Assembly: GCA_010909165.1 (NCBI GenBank)
Contig: MU008168.1
Span: 124,001-188,000, forward strand
Reading direction: 5' to 3'
Origin: Anthoceros angustus
Lineage: Eukaryota; Plantae; Anthocerotophyta
DNA length: 64,000 bases
Shown: positions 1 through 12,911 of the stretch, piece after piece
Numbering within the stretch: position 1 is the first letter of the stretch
How the letters are laid out: each line of letters starts with the position of its first letter
Notes under the pieces: generated by a model
What the model saw: only the letters and a program-made list of their open reading frames with translations
Databases searched by the model: none
Told to the model about the DNA's origin: nothing
Translations under genes and position numbers: made by a program

Positions 1-1583
1 ACGCTGAGTTGCCTCTCGGGTATGTTCCCTTCTCCTGGAAGTGCATTATTCTCTCTTTGTGGGGAGGAGGGGGTTCCCTTCAAGCATTGTAGTATTCTGA
101 CTGAAGCTGGTCCTGACTGATTCCTGGTGCAGTGCGAATGAGAGGGTTAAAGCGATGGGTCAGGTTCTGTCCAAAGCACGAGATCGGCACAATGACTGCA
201 CTCCAATCGTTAAAAAATTAAGGGCTATGGTCCAGCTGGCAGAAGAGCAAGGGCGGAATCTGAAGAAGCAGAACACCTTCTTGAACCAATTAGCCGCAAA
301 GACCATTCCCAAGGGGCTGCATTGCCTCTCCATGCAGCTGACTGTTGACTATTATCAACTGCCTCCAAGGCGCCAAGAATTTCCACACAAGGATAGGCTG
401 GAGGATACATCTCTTTATCATTATGCTCTGTTTTCTGACAACATCCTGGCAGTGTCCGTGGTGGTTAACTCTACCGTCAGCAATGCGCTGGTATGTCATG
501 GTCAATTAAGTGTGCTGCTCGTATGATCAGGTGCCTTTCAATTGGCGAGTATTTCCCTTACCGCCGCTGTCTGGTTGTTGCAGGACCCCGAAAAGCATGT
601 GTTCCATCTGGTTACAGATAAGCTCAACTATGGGGCCATGAGAATGTGGTTTCTAGCAAATCCACCCGGCAAAGCAACTATTGCTGTTGAGAATGTTGAT
701 GATTTCAAATGGTTGAATTCTACTTATTGTCCAGTGCTGCGGCAACTGGAGTCGGCTGCTATGAAAGAGTACTATTTCAAGTCAGAACCTACTACTCTGG
801 CAGCAGGTTCTTCCAACTTGAAGTACCGTAATCCCAAGTACCTGTCCATGCTAAACCATTTGCGGTTCTATCTTCCAGAAGTGTATCCCAAACTGGACAA
901 GATAGTCTTCCTTGATGATGACATTGTAGTTCAACAAGATCTGACTGCTCTTTGGAGTGTGGATTTGAACGGCAACGTCAATGGTGCTGTTGAAACTTGC
1001 GGAGTTAGCTTCCACAGATTTGACAAGTACTTGAATTTCTCCAATCCCCTGATAGCAAGAAATTTCGATCCAAACGCTTGTGGTTGGGCGTATGGTATGA
1101 ACGTATTTGATTTGGAGGAGTGGAAAAAGAGGGACATCACCGGCATTTACCACAGATGGCAGAACCTGGTAAGCTTGCTGAACCTCTCTCCGTAGTCACC
1201 TCATGGGATTTCCGCACTCCTTTTCGCGTTTTCGTCCTGTCCTCTTCTCCCGACATTGGCTTAATAGTGCTCCAGTCCTGACTTGTCTGCTGTCTTGGCG
1301 TATGAAGAACGAGGATAGGCTACTGTGGAAGTTGGGAACACTACCTCCTGGTTTGATCACATTCTACAATCTCACGCACCCACTAGAGAAGTTTTGGCAT
1401 GTATTGGGGCTGGGTTACAACCCAAGCATCGACAAAGAAGAGGTTGAGGCAGCGGCTGTTGTGCATTACAATGGCAATTACAAACCTTGGTTAGAGATAG
1501 GCATGTCCAAGTACAAGTCTTATTGGACCAAGTACGTCCGATTTGACCACCCAGTTCTGCAACAGTGTAATATAAATGAATGA
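1..1583 (+). CDS. GAUT: Galacturonosyltransferase (GT8, GAUT1-like), 5'-truncated by the window edge; exons <1-19, 133-490, 584-1168, 1308-1583
   Basis: GAUT motifs AAKTIPKGLHCLSMQLT, HYALFSDNILAVSVVVNST, KYRNPKYLSMLNHLRFYLPEVYPKL, FLDDD (DxD), LWKLGTLPPGLITFY and HYNGNYKPW; GT-AG introns join the ORF-track pieces in frame; TGA at 1581-1583. Confidence 0.95.
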
Positions 1584-2439
1584 CCATTCGCCGGGATGTA
1601 ACACGGATATCGGTGGAGACTCCCACTCCCAGATTGTTTCGTGAAAACTTTCCAAGACACATGCTAAGACACCCTTCGGGTGCTGTGCAAATGACGTTAT
1701 GGGCTCCTGACATGTTGCTTCTGATGTTCACGCGTGCAATTTTCTACACAGGTTCTGGAACACGCTGATCGCACGCACGTCATATCCGCTCTCTACGAAC
1801 ACACGGCTTCCTGTTTCTATCACATGGTAAAAAGTACATAACACAGCCACTAGAGAACGTTCTTGCGTGTTGTGGGGATGGGGTAGTTTCCAACCTACAG
1901 GAAAAGCTTGAGAGAGGGAGAGATGGCTGGTCTCGTGAAACCATTTACGCCTGACACTCCCCAGGCCTTCTGTTGATTTCCTTTTTGCCGAAAGACAATC
2001 CCCATACCTAACCAATGCCGAACCAAACCTAGGTGTATACCAGGTACCTTATATATGGTCCTTACTTGGTACACAGGAGAGCCTGATGAGGCCTGAGGAA
2101 AATCTGCAACGAGGGCGGAAGAGCTTGCTAGGCTTGAAAGGGTCCTCAGGAGGCAGCAAGGGTCGTCCGCGCACTGCCAAAACTTTCGAAGTGAGTATCT
2201 CGCACAAAAAGGCTAAATAGTTTTGAATCGCTTTTCATCCTAAGTTCCACACTCCGTCAAAGCTGCCTGACTGTGTACCTTTGTTTTTCACGCAGTGTAC
2301 CTGAGTTCTGCCCGGAGAGCTCGAGAAAGCTTCTTACTGCATTGTGCACGAGTTCCAGTTCCATGTTGATCTTCGTGCTCAAGAGAGAGCTGAGTGTGAC
2401 AGGAAGGTCGGTGACCTGTCTAGTGGTGAATGACACGCT

Positions 2440-3724
2440 TTGGTACCCGATCCGAGGGCTGCTATCGAACTCCACTGGTCAGCTCCTGCTATCTACATCG
2501 GTCCACATCAGCCATGGACACATATCCCGATGCATGGTGGGGCTCCAGTCTAACAAGGCTTTCAAAACACTGAGTCGCCCTCTGTATATCTCCGTGACTT
2601 TTGCTGGCATTGAGCAAAGACCTCAATCCTGCAACATTACCTTGGTCCTCACGTGATAATAGGATGTTCTCTGCCTCATCTAAATGGCCTGCACGGCCAA
2701 GCAGATCAATTATGCAATTGTAATGCTCAACAGTAGGTTTCATGCCAGGCTGTTCTGCGATGGACCCGAAGGCTTACGACCCACATCCACCAGTCCCTCG
2801 TCACTGCATGCTACTAAAAGGCAGGTAAAAGTGGCATCATTAAGCTGAACACCAGCGACTAACATCTCCTCAAAACAAGCTGGTGCCTTCTGACCATAAC
2901 CAGATATCAGGGCGGTCCAAGTGACTACATCCTTTGCGGCCAAGCTGTCAAAAACCTGGAGTGCATCTCCCAGTTCACCACATTTGGCATACATGTCCAC
3001 CAGGCAGGAGCCCACCAATATGTCATACAGCAATCCTCTTTCAACAATCTGTGAGTGCAGCTGCCTGCCACTCGGTAAGGCACCAGCATCAGCACCAGCA
3101 TCAGCACCAGCACTTGCACTGGCCTTCAGAAGGCAAGCAAAAGTAATGCCCGAGCCCTTGCTCACAACCACATCCTTCTTAGCTGTACACAGTTTTAGCA
3201 CGGCGTAAAACACAGGCTGAGAAATAGAAAAGTCTGTCTGCGCCAGAGATTCCAGGGCTCCAACGGCCTCAGAAAGCTTCCCCTGCTGACATAACATGCT
3301 CACGCCTGCCAGGTTGAATGCTCACGCATGCTCTTGCAGGCCTGCCAGGTTCAGGCCTATCCGGAGAGCTCCACTTGGAAGGAGAGGCACCACGACCCAT
3401 CAGCATATCCCACGAAACGAGCTGGTCATCAACCCAAGCTGGCTTGAACATTGTTGCCACAAGTGCTCCTGCTCCTGGAGACGACCATCGCTGGAACGAA
3501 TTCTCGGGAGTGGCGGTGCTTGGCTCCTTACACTGCTGAACCTGGAGGCTTGGTTGTTGGCCAGGGGTCGATTCCCTGAGGTGAGGTGAGCGGGACCTCC
3601 TGGCAGAATCCCTGAAGACACACCAATTTGTTGGGTCCACAACAGGTCCGGTTGCCGCACTGTGGCCGTCGTTCAGGGACCGCTGTCCACACCACTTTGA
3701 AGGATGGTGCAGACGGTATTCCAT
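2440..3724 (-). pseudogene. Decayed PLS/E-class pentatricopeptide-repeat (organellar RNA-editing-factor type) gene
   Basis: PPR motifs LCQQGKLSEA, LVGSCLVDMYAKCGELGDALQVFD, DVVTWTALISGY, TFTCLLVACS, PTVEHYNCIIDLLGRAGHLDEA and E-motif LEPHHASGYVSM lie in three frames; motifs are internally deleted; stops at 2740 and 2489; putative ATG 3724. Confidence 0.8.
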
Positions 3725-4153
3725 TGGGGACCGGGGAGGGAAGCACAAAGTTCTTTAAGCCTCGGGACCTAGTTTAACATGTTTATAGATAGAAACCGGA
3801 ATCTCTCTCTTTGCCACTCTCCAGCACGCCACAAGAAGAGCAACAGTACAGGTAGCATTGGTAGCTGAGAAAGGCTGAACGCGTGGCTATGCAGGGCGTG
3901 TCAAGCAGCAGGGGCAACGAGCAGGTGCCGATCCTCGGCTTCAGCCTGGGAGCGGGACTGGTACTGGGACTGGGACTCCCCGCAATTCACATCCTGCCCT
4001 GCCATTAGCGCTGGAGAGCGTTGTGGGCGGGAGGGGAAGGAGCAGGAGCAGGAGCAGGGGCAGGGCTCAAAGGCACGCTGTCCCCCTGGAGATGATCTAG
4101 CTGGGCCAGATTCTCGGTCTTGGGGGGCCGCCATCCCGCGCTGCGCCGGCGGG

Positions 4154-6383
4154 ATGACGACCGCCACCGCCATGAAGGTCACCAACGTCCTGCACGATCA
4201 CCTCCTGGTGCACGACCGCAACAAGTACAAGAGTATGCGCACGCGCGTGCTTTCGTCGGTCTGGATGATTGGCGGCTTCATTCTCATCGTCTACATGGGC
4301 CACCTCTACATTTGGGCCATGATCGTCGTCATCCAGCTCTTCATGGCTCAGGAGCTCTTTACTCTGGCCAGGGCAGCGCAGAGCGAAAAGCAATTGCCTG
4401 GATTCCGCCTTCTCAACTGGTGAGTCTCTCATTTGCCCCTTGCTAAGATCCATCGCTTCTTCGCTGGCTCTGGCTCTGGCTTCTTGCTTCGATCATAACA
4501 AGGTGGCTTCGTCTCAGGCATTTTTTTTTGACAGCTATGGTGTATGTATACGGACGGTTTTTGAAAAAACAACTGGTGAAAACAATCTCGTCAGATCTTG
4601 TCCTCTCGGATCTGTTTAGCGGATTCATCAAGTACCACATGATTACCTGTTACTTCATGTACATTGCAGGTATTTGGCCTCAACCAACTTCAGCTCCCAC
4701 TTTGGCTGAAGCTTTCATCAAACCTAGTACTTCAAACTTTAGCATACCAGAAGTGGCTGCGGGCAATGCCGCGTGACTGATCTTTACTGTCGGGATAATA
4801 CAGGCTTTGTCTGGTTCATCTTGACGCTGAAGAAGGGGATGTATAAGTATCAGTTCTCACAGTTCGCTTGGACACACATGATTCTCTTTGTTGTGTTCGC
4901 ACAGTCGTCTTTCACCGTGGCCAACATATTTGAAGGGATCATTTGGTAAGTTTGCTTCGTGCTCTTACACGAGTGCTGCTAAACCTCCGCAGAGACGGAA
5001 GCTGATATGGTGCCTTGGTGCAGGTTTCTTCTGCCAGCTTCTCTTATAGTTATCAATGACATAGCAGCCTACTTTTGTGGTTTCTTCTTTGGTCGAACTC
5101 CTCTGATCCAGCTCTCACCAAAGAAAACCTGGGAAGGATTCATCGGGGCATCATTCATAACTGTAGTTTCAGCTTTTGTGGTAGGGTTCTCTTCTCTAAC
5201 TGCCATTTTTCTCAGAAGTTGAAAACCTTCTGGTAGCAAAGTATATCCAGAATTTTTGGAGGCCTACTGGTGTTGGTGAGGGGGCTAACTTTTAGTTATT
5301 GTTTTTGCAGCTGGCATACTATCTTGGTCAATTTTCTTGGCTTACATGCCCTCGCAAGGTCTGCTAGTTTTTTTTTTTTTTGGGATGTTCCGTCTAAGTT
5401 GAAGCCTTCCAATACGGTAATGGACTCTGAAAACTGTGCAGGATTTATCGACAGGATGGTTGAATTGTGATCCTGGACCCCTTTTTCGACCTGTGGCATA
5501 TAGTCTTCCACAATGGTTGTCAGTTTGGGTAAGCTCCCAACAGAGCTTTGAATGCTTTCGTGGTCATGACTGTTCCTATGTGCGTTTACCTGGTGAGCGT
5601 ACAGATTATGGTCTAGTGAAAGACGTCTGGTGCCCTGTGCGTTGATTCCTTTCTGGTTCAATATGGTACCAATATTTTCTGCCTGCCAGTTTCCGTGGAA
5701 GGAAGTATACATAATGCCGGTGCAGCAGCACGCAATGGCATTTGGATTATTTGCTTCCAATATTGCTCCATTTGGAGGGTTTTTTGCCAGCGGTTTCAAG
5801 AGGGCCTTCAAAATCAAGGTTGCTCTTTCTGGCTCGTAACCCCTGCTTTTCCTCAAAGATTTTCAAGTCTTAATACCACAATTCATAAGTAGCTAGCTCG
5901 CTGACGATGGTTACTGTAACAGGACTTTGGCGACAGCATCCCTGGCCACGGTGGGATCACTGACCGCATGGACTGTCAGGTCTGTTTGGTTTCTGTTCTG
6001 CGTTTAGGTTGCTTGGTTCTTGACAGTCACAAGTGTTCATTCTTCTGAACTGTGCTATGTTGCGGCGTTCCTGAGTACAGATGGTCATGGCTGTATTTTC
6101 CTACACATACTACCAGTCTTTCATTGCTCCCCAACGTTACAGCGTGGAGGTCTTTCTGGATCAGGTTGGAGGCACTCCTTGGTTCCTACTCTTCGGCTCG
6201 CTGTTCAGTTGTGCACTCCTTGCAGTAATGCAGGTGATGGTTCTTTTTTCTGATGGAGGCATATTTGTGAAACACGTGGCCTCAGATTCTAGGCACCCTA
6301 AAGATCGAAGAGCAAATCAGCCTGTATAAACAACTGGGAGAGGCTTTGCAAGATCGAGGCTTCTGAGCTTCTTTGCACTGTGA
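4154..6383 (+). CDS. CDS: Phosphatidate cytidylyltransferase (CDP-diacylglycerol synthase), about 10 exons; start codon uncertain (ATG 4154 or 4172)
   Basis: [71 protein letters not shown] (CTP_transf_1 signature); canonical GT-AG introns; TGA at 6381-6383. Confidence 0.95.
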
Positions 6384-7059
6384 GCACAAGTCCTGAAAAC
6401 CGTCCCTGTCGGTTCCTTCGTATTGTAAGAATCTTCTGTTGAACGTTGTATACTAGTAGGTAACAGGCCTGTTGTGAATAGCATGAAATGAGTAGTGACC
6501 AGCAAGGCATAGTAAAACTCTTGTGATCGTCTCGAGGCGAGCTGTCCCACGACGCTACTTGACCCTCCCTGGAGATGCTTCCCCCTTTCTTCGTCTCTCA
6601 AGTTTTGGCTGAGGACGGGTAAAACTTTGAACTGATTCCAGTACAGAGAGCTGGGTGTGGTGTATTTTTATGGCTGCACCTTTCGTTGGATATGCAGAAT
6701 TTGGTGAGAAGAGTCATGGAAGTCAGGATTGTGTGAAACCCCTACGGCACAACACCGATGTGCAGCCCAGTTTAGCTGCCATTGTGTTCAATCATACCAA
6801 CGCCGTACGTAGGAACGAAAAAGGGGTGCATATATTGTCACCTCGTGAGCGACGGACCACGGCGGCGCGGCACCAACCTCCTGTGCCGTGCCTGCCGCCT
6901 GCCGCCTGCCGCCTGCGGTCGGCAACATTTCGTGGAGAGAGCGTCGGGAATGCGGCCCAGCGGGACTATAGTCTCCGCAGATCGCTTCTGGAACGAGTCG
7001 ATCCGGCCAAGAGCAGGATCTGGATCTGCAGAGCTCAGCAAGCTGGACGCCATCGCTCG

Positions 7060-9883
7060 ATGGCTTCCATGGCCCACTGGAGCTGGCATGCGGTAACATG
7101 CTACCTGGCGCTGTGCTTCCCGTGGGCCTCGGCATCGGCAGATGCTGACCACTGGAGCCCTACTCCGTGGCCCCAGCCCAAGAATCTGAGCTGGGCCGGC
7201 GATGGTGTGGAGCTGTCCCCGTCCTTTGCCTTCGTCTCGGATCTGGAATCTGCAGTGCTCCGAACCGCCTTCGCGCGGTACCTCGAGCTCATTTTCGCGG
7301 ATCACGTCCAGGTCCCCGGGCCGAGCGGAGGGCTCCCCCGGCTGGAGAAGCTCCGAGTGAAAGTCGCCAGCGCTGACGAGATCGTAAGCCTGCCAGGAGG
7401 GGGAATTTGGAAACTTTGCGATCTGTGAGCTCGGTGTGGGATTCAATTTTCACGTTGCTACTTGGTGGATGCCTGGATGATGCTGTGGTTGCAATTTGTG
7501 TCGTGACTGCAATGCAGTTGAACCTCGGGACGAACGAGTCCTACGCGTTGTCTGTGCCGGACCCCGCCGATGGCACAGCTGCTCTCATCACGGTTGGCCT
7601 CTCTCTCGCTCGGAGACGATTCTCGCTGCAGCAATGGTTGTTGTCGATTTGTGAGAGGAACGGGTCACCGTAATGACTGGATAGCAGAATTGTTGCAGGC
7701 GGAAACGGTTTACGGTGCTCTGCACGGGATTGAGGTACGATCATCCAGTTCTCGCCTTGACTATGGGCGGCCCTGGTGGTGGCAGTAGCAGTGCAGTTCT
7801 GTATGCGGACTCAAGGCATGCATGGTGACGTTGCGTTCATATCCAGACCTTCAGTCAGCTCGTGTCCTTCGATTTCGGAAGCAGGAGGTTTGGAATTGGA
7901 AGAGCCCCCTTGACGGTGGAGGATGAGCCTCGCTTCCCGTTTCGGGGGCTGCTGATCGGTGGGTGCCTTCGTACATGTAGCTAGGGCAGGTCAAGAATTT
8001 TCCCAAGAGATGTGAAATCTTGTAATCCCTCCGTCATTTGGATTGGGCAGACACAGCGCGGCATTACCAGCCTTTGAGCAGCATCAGAAAGGTTATCGAC
8101 TCCATGACGCATGCCAAACTGGTAGCCATCCATACCCCCATCCTACTCAAGAAATTCTTACATCCCTGGGAGGTGTTTTTCGGTTAGATGAAGTGAAAGG
8201 ATGTGGACGCAGAATGTGCTGCACTGGCACATCGTGGACGGGGAATCGTTTCCGATTGAGACACCGTCATTCCCTCGGCTGTGGGAAGGGGCCTTCTCCG
8301 CACAGGAGCGCTTCACAGTGGAGGATGTGAAGGACATTGTCGAGTAATCGCCTTGTGCTTCAAATTGCTCTCAGGGAGAGGCAATGTTCTTCAGGTTGTT
8401 GCGCTGACGGGGTGCGGCTTGCCATCCTCGCACAGGTACGCTCGACTTCGCGGGATCCATGTGATGCCGGAGCTGGATAGCCCGGGCCATGCTCGATCCT
8501 GGTATGCTCCGCCTCTCAGAATGAAGTTGATTGGAATTGGATTTGGACTAGGGTCCTGGTCGGCCGGCCTACTGATTTCCAAGGACTGGCATGGTGGCAT
8601 GAGTGAAGGGGCAAAAGCTACCCGCAGCTCTTGCCTTCCGAAAGCTGCGACGAGCCATTGGACGTGAGCAGTAATTTCACCTTTCAGCTCATCGATGGAG
8701 TGCTGTCTGGTAAGCTTGCCCGATCATGCGTTAACGTCGCCATAGCATGTGTCGCTCTGTTCCAACTTCCTGACATGTTTCTTGTTTGTTTCACGGTTTC
8801 AATCAATCTCGCCTGCAGATTTTTCCCAGTTGTTTCCCTTTGAGCTGGCGCATCTAGGCGGCGATGAGGTGAACACAAGTAAGACTAGTGAGAGTGAACG
8901 AAATACGTGACATATCCTGCGTGTCCACTCTCACACATTTAGCATGGTTCCGTCCTTCTTAGGACACTTCCATCGCTGAGCTGATATTTGGTGATCCTGT
9001 TCTGCAGCCTGCTGGAATACCACACCGCATGTGAGAAGCTGGTACAGCACAAGACACCGAATGCAGAACCCTATCTAGTCAGATCATCTTTTATGAATCC
9101 GCACTCGTGCTCAAGTTTGTGAACTGGCTACGCAGGCTCCAAGAGCACAACTTGACAGAGTTCGATGCGTACGCGGAATTCGTGATTCGGGTGCAACAGA
9201 TTGCCCTCTCCCACGGCAAAACCCCTGTCAACTGGTAAGTCATCCATCCTCACCTGGCCCGGCTGCTCGTAAATTCCTGTTCAAGTAACCTTAACAGCAC
9301 CACCACATGCCTCTGTGCAGGGAGGAGACATTCGACAGCTTCGGATCCAGACTGAACAACAAGACGGTGGTGCATAACTGGTGAGTATGAAACGCATGAG
9401 ACGAGTCGAAGCCTAGCCCGTCCATATCTGTTCAATTGCTCCCGGTTGCATGAGCACATCTGCAGGCTGGGACCAGGCGTGGCACCCAAGATCGTGGCAG
9501 CAGGCTTCCGAACCATCGTGAGCGACCAAGACGTGTGGTACCTGGACCACCTGGACGTGAACTGGCAGGAGTTCTACACGAACGAGCCTCTGCAGAACAT
9601 CACCGACCCGCAACAGCAGAGGCTGGTGCTGGGGGGTGAGGTGTGCATGTGGGGCGAGACGGTGGACGCCTCCGACCTTCTTCAAACAATCTGGCCTCGA
9701 GCTGCCGCCGCAGCAGAGCGACTGTGGAGCCCGCTAGAGGTGACGTCGCGAGGCCCGGAAGCTGCACACCAGCGATTTCTCGACTTCCGATGCCTCCTCA
9801 ACAGAAGGGGCGTGCCGGCGGGACCTGCAGTTGGTCAAGGGCGGGCTGCTCCCGACCACTTCGGCTCCTGCTACCAGCAGTAG
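7060..9883 (+). CDS. HEXO: Beta-hexosaminidase (GH20, HEXO-like) with N-terminal signal peptide, about 13 exons
   Basis: WPQPKN, NESYALSV, TVYGALHGIETFSQL, DEPRFPFRGLLIDTARHY, NVLHWHIVD, MPELDSPGHARSW, catalytic HLGGDE (~8829-8848), GGEVCMWGE, IWPRAAAAAERLWS; TAG at 9881-9883. Confidence 0.95.
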
Positions 9884-10403
9884 GAGATCGACCCTCTGGT
9901 AGTCTGGCAATGCTAAGGCCAGACTACCAGAGGGTTTTTGTTTTCTGTTTTGTTTTGTTTTTTGTTTTCTTTAACTGAGCTTTATAAAACACGATCGTGC
10001 TCAATGCTTTGGCCATGCGTGCTGATGCACATATAGTATGTCTCTCGCATGCGGGCTGATGCTTGGTCAGCATCATGAGAGAGGAGAGGACCGGAGTACT
10101 CTACCGAACATGTAGTGATATAAAATACTGTACTTTGAAGGTTCGAGCAAAAGGTACATAGCATCTATTAAAAATAATTATATTATATTATCAGATTATA
10201 TGTATGATAATATTATGCAAAGATAACCTTAATTTAGATCAAAATATGTAGATTTCCATTCCTTGATTCCGGGGCTATCCGAATAAAGCTTTATCCTCGT
10301 TCTTGCAGTGTGTAGAGCTGCCCCAACGTTAGTGCCATACGCGGTTACTTCTGAATGAAATTTTTATGCGGATCTTCCACGTACAATTTGCTATATCTTG
10401 GAA

Positions 10404-10521
10404 CTCTCCATATTTGTTGTAAAATAAATATATATGTAAAATAAATTTAGCAAGTCCTTAAAGTCTCCATACTTGTTATAAAATAAATATATATGTAGAA
10501 TTAATTTAGCAAGTCCTTAAA
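10404..10521. repeat. Two-copy AT-rich tandem repeat, unit about 59 bp
   Basis: tctccata(t/c)ttgtt(g/a)taaaataaatatatatgta(a/g)a(a/t)taatttagcaagtccttaaa occurs twice back to back. Confidence 0.8.
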
Positions 10522-10974
10522 CACAAGAAAATCCATACTGAATATATATAATCTATATGTCTACAAAGCTTTGGTTGATATAAACAGATTCAACAAAGTC
10601 ATGAAAAATATTAAGAAGATCCGGAAAAGGAAGTATCCCTCATCATGCCTTTAGGTGTCAACCTTGCATTGCCACATCTATTGACTTCCGTTCTTGTTGT
10701 AGAAATTCGTTGTTATAGTGGGAATGTAGGGTAAGAGCTGAAGATATTTCACTTCAAGCTGGAGATATTGAATCGATTTGAATTGAACCTATTCATGTGC
10801 CCATCACTTTGTACACCACTTTCTGGGACGAGCTGTAATATTTCATGTCTATACCGTGAACGTGTAATTTGTACGAGCACTTTTCTAGCCGTGGTTCTAA
10901 ATATTTTTCCTTATACATAGGGGAACGTGTGTATATATATCCATTACCAATTGCTCCTCATAATTCTACAGGAA

Positions 10975-11043
10975 ACATTGGTGGTCTATAGGTAAAATAA
11001 TATCCCCACGGTATGGACTTGGGTTTAATTTCTGGGTCGTAAA
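10975..11043 (+). pseudogene. Degenerate tRNA-Gly(GCC) relic
   Basis: acattggtggtctataggtaaaataatatccccacggtatggacttgggtttaatttctggg aligns by eye to plant tRNA-Gly(GCC) (..GTGGTCTAGTGGTAGAATAGTACCCTGCCACGGTACAGACCCGGGTTCGATTCCCGG..); differences are mainly C>T/G>A, with a small deletion in the anticodon loop. Confidence 0.55.
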
Positions 11044-11146
11044 TACATTGATTGCTCACTCTTCGTAGATATATTCCTCTCACCAATCTTTGTGTTCACT
11101 TTTTCTAGTTTTAAGACTTAGGTTCGATTCCTTCGGGAAAAGAAGA

Positions 11147-11460
11147 CTTTATTATATAAAAGAGATGGGAAAAACCCATCCACCCCAAAAACAAATGGGA
11201 AAAAACCCAACCAAAGGCACCATGCCCGGGGAACTAGCCCCCACGATTACGCATTTCAAAACTACCAACTGCCCGAAGAACTTCGTGGTCAGGGATGTGA
11301 AAAAGCCTACATACCAGGTGAAGCCGTGATCTCCCACGCCTACTGTGCTCAGAGACTGCTTGGCCAACGCCCTCTATAGAGCGATGGAAACCCTCTGCCG
11401 GGAGGCTAACCCCATTCTTGCAGCTATGATAAACCTTGGCGCAGGCGTTGACCAACGTAA
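11147..11460 (-). mobile_element. 3'-terminal fragment of a CRE-like non-LTR retrotransposon
   Basis: Minus strand encodes RQRVSIAL*RALA (CRE C-terminal QRxSIALQRxxA motif). It shares atccctga(c/t)cacga and the 3' UTR ggggt(g/a)gatggg(t/a)tttcccat..taataa with the element at 38297-40378. Confidence 0.7.
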
Positions 11461-11555
11461 AGAAATCCTCCGATTCCTTGGCAAGTACATTCTTCGCAGA
11501 TATATCCTAGTAACTAATATTTGTATTCACTTTTTCTGGTTATTCTGGGTTTATC

Positions 11556-12117
11556 TCTGTATTATTATTTGATCATTAATTTTATCTTCTAATTTATCAT
11601 CCTCTGTTAGAGAATTTATTAAAATAAATATAATATTATCAAGAAGATTAACATCGCCCTTGTAAGAAATGTCTAGTACCTACTCACTCTTTTTGATTTT
11701 CTTGGTTTTGCCTCTCCATGATTATTTGGTTAGTTATTTTAGCTTCCAATTAATCATCCTCCTTTATAGCATTTATTAGAATAAAAATGATATTGAGAAG
11801 ATTAGCACAGCCTTGTAACGAATAGTACACACAAATCAATGCTCTTGGGATATTTTTAATATTTAAAATCACTCATATATATGGTTTAGCCTCTCTATAA
11901 TTATTTGGTAATTTATTTACCTTTTAATTAATCATTTTCCTCTAGAGGATATATTGAAATAAAAATGATATTGAGAAGATTAACATAGCCCTTATAAGGA
12001 ACAATACGCAAGATTTGTTGTGCTTTAATATATTTAAAATAATTCATAAATAAGTAATTTAAATGATGATGAAAATTGAAACCATGGTAAGAAGATTAGC
12101 ATGGTCTTTTATAAAGC
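11556..12117. repeat. Diverged AT-rich repeat: three copies of a core of about 110 bp (11556, 11711, 11891) plus a partial fourth
   Basis: Recurring ctct..attattt..taatcat..tattxxaataaaaatgatattgagaagatta(a/g)ca..gccctt(g/a)taa. Confidence 0.7.
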
Positions 12118-12911
12118 TATGTTTGTACAATAAAAACACAAATCGTTTGTGACATTAAATTAAATTGTGAGTGTAGTCCTAACACACACATTGTCATCTA
12201 TGAGGAACAAATTATATTCAACATTGAATTGATACTGATAAGATTACCTTGCCCCTTCTTCAAGCACTGAACTCAATTCAGCTTAAAAAGGGTATGTTGT
12301 GTAGTCTTCATATACTCTAATAATTTACATAAATAACTTAATCATCTTTTTCATATTTATGAATTATTATAGATAAATAATTATTTAATTAAATTAGATT
12401 AAGAACAAATATTTATCCTGCTTATCAAGTACCTAGATATGTAGAGAAGCAACATTTGAATCTCATGAGAGTGTACAACCCCATTGATTAATATAGTATC
12501 CCGATAAAGAGTTCTTTGTGTCTTTGTTGGATGTCTCTTCCTGTAACTCAACCTGGAGACTTTATTATAGAAAAGAGATAGAAAAACCCATGTAGCCCAA
12601 TAGAAGGGACTCGTCCTGTAACGCGTTGTGAGACCCTTGCCATTGGGCAGGGGCGAACTATAATAGGAACCCAGCACATATGCGGTTCCATTGTAAAGAG
12701 CGCTGCCCAGACTTTTGACGCGTGGCTTGTAACGTCCCAAACTGGAGCTTCCCTTTAAGACCCCGGAATCGGATCCGCAAAAAGTGTAGCCAACCAATAG
12801 TAGGAGGCCGGAACAGCGAGGCACAGGCAGATCCAGGGTCGAGGTGCGTTGAGACGACGAGCATGCGGTCGAATCGAGGGACGAGGCGATGAATTTGCAG
12901 CAGGCGGGAGG

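Noticed and set aside
2070-2300. Plus-strand mini-exon (MRPEENLQRG.. with a GTGAGT donor) antisense to the PPR relic
   Set aside because: No homology or continuing protein-like frame; cannot be supported without transcripts
6655-7059. 135-aa upstream extension of the hexosaminidase ORF from a GTG
   Set aside because: The signal peptide follows ATG 7060; the upstream sequence looks like promoter/UTR
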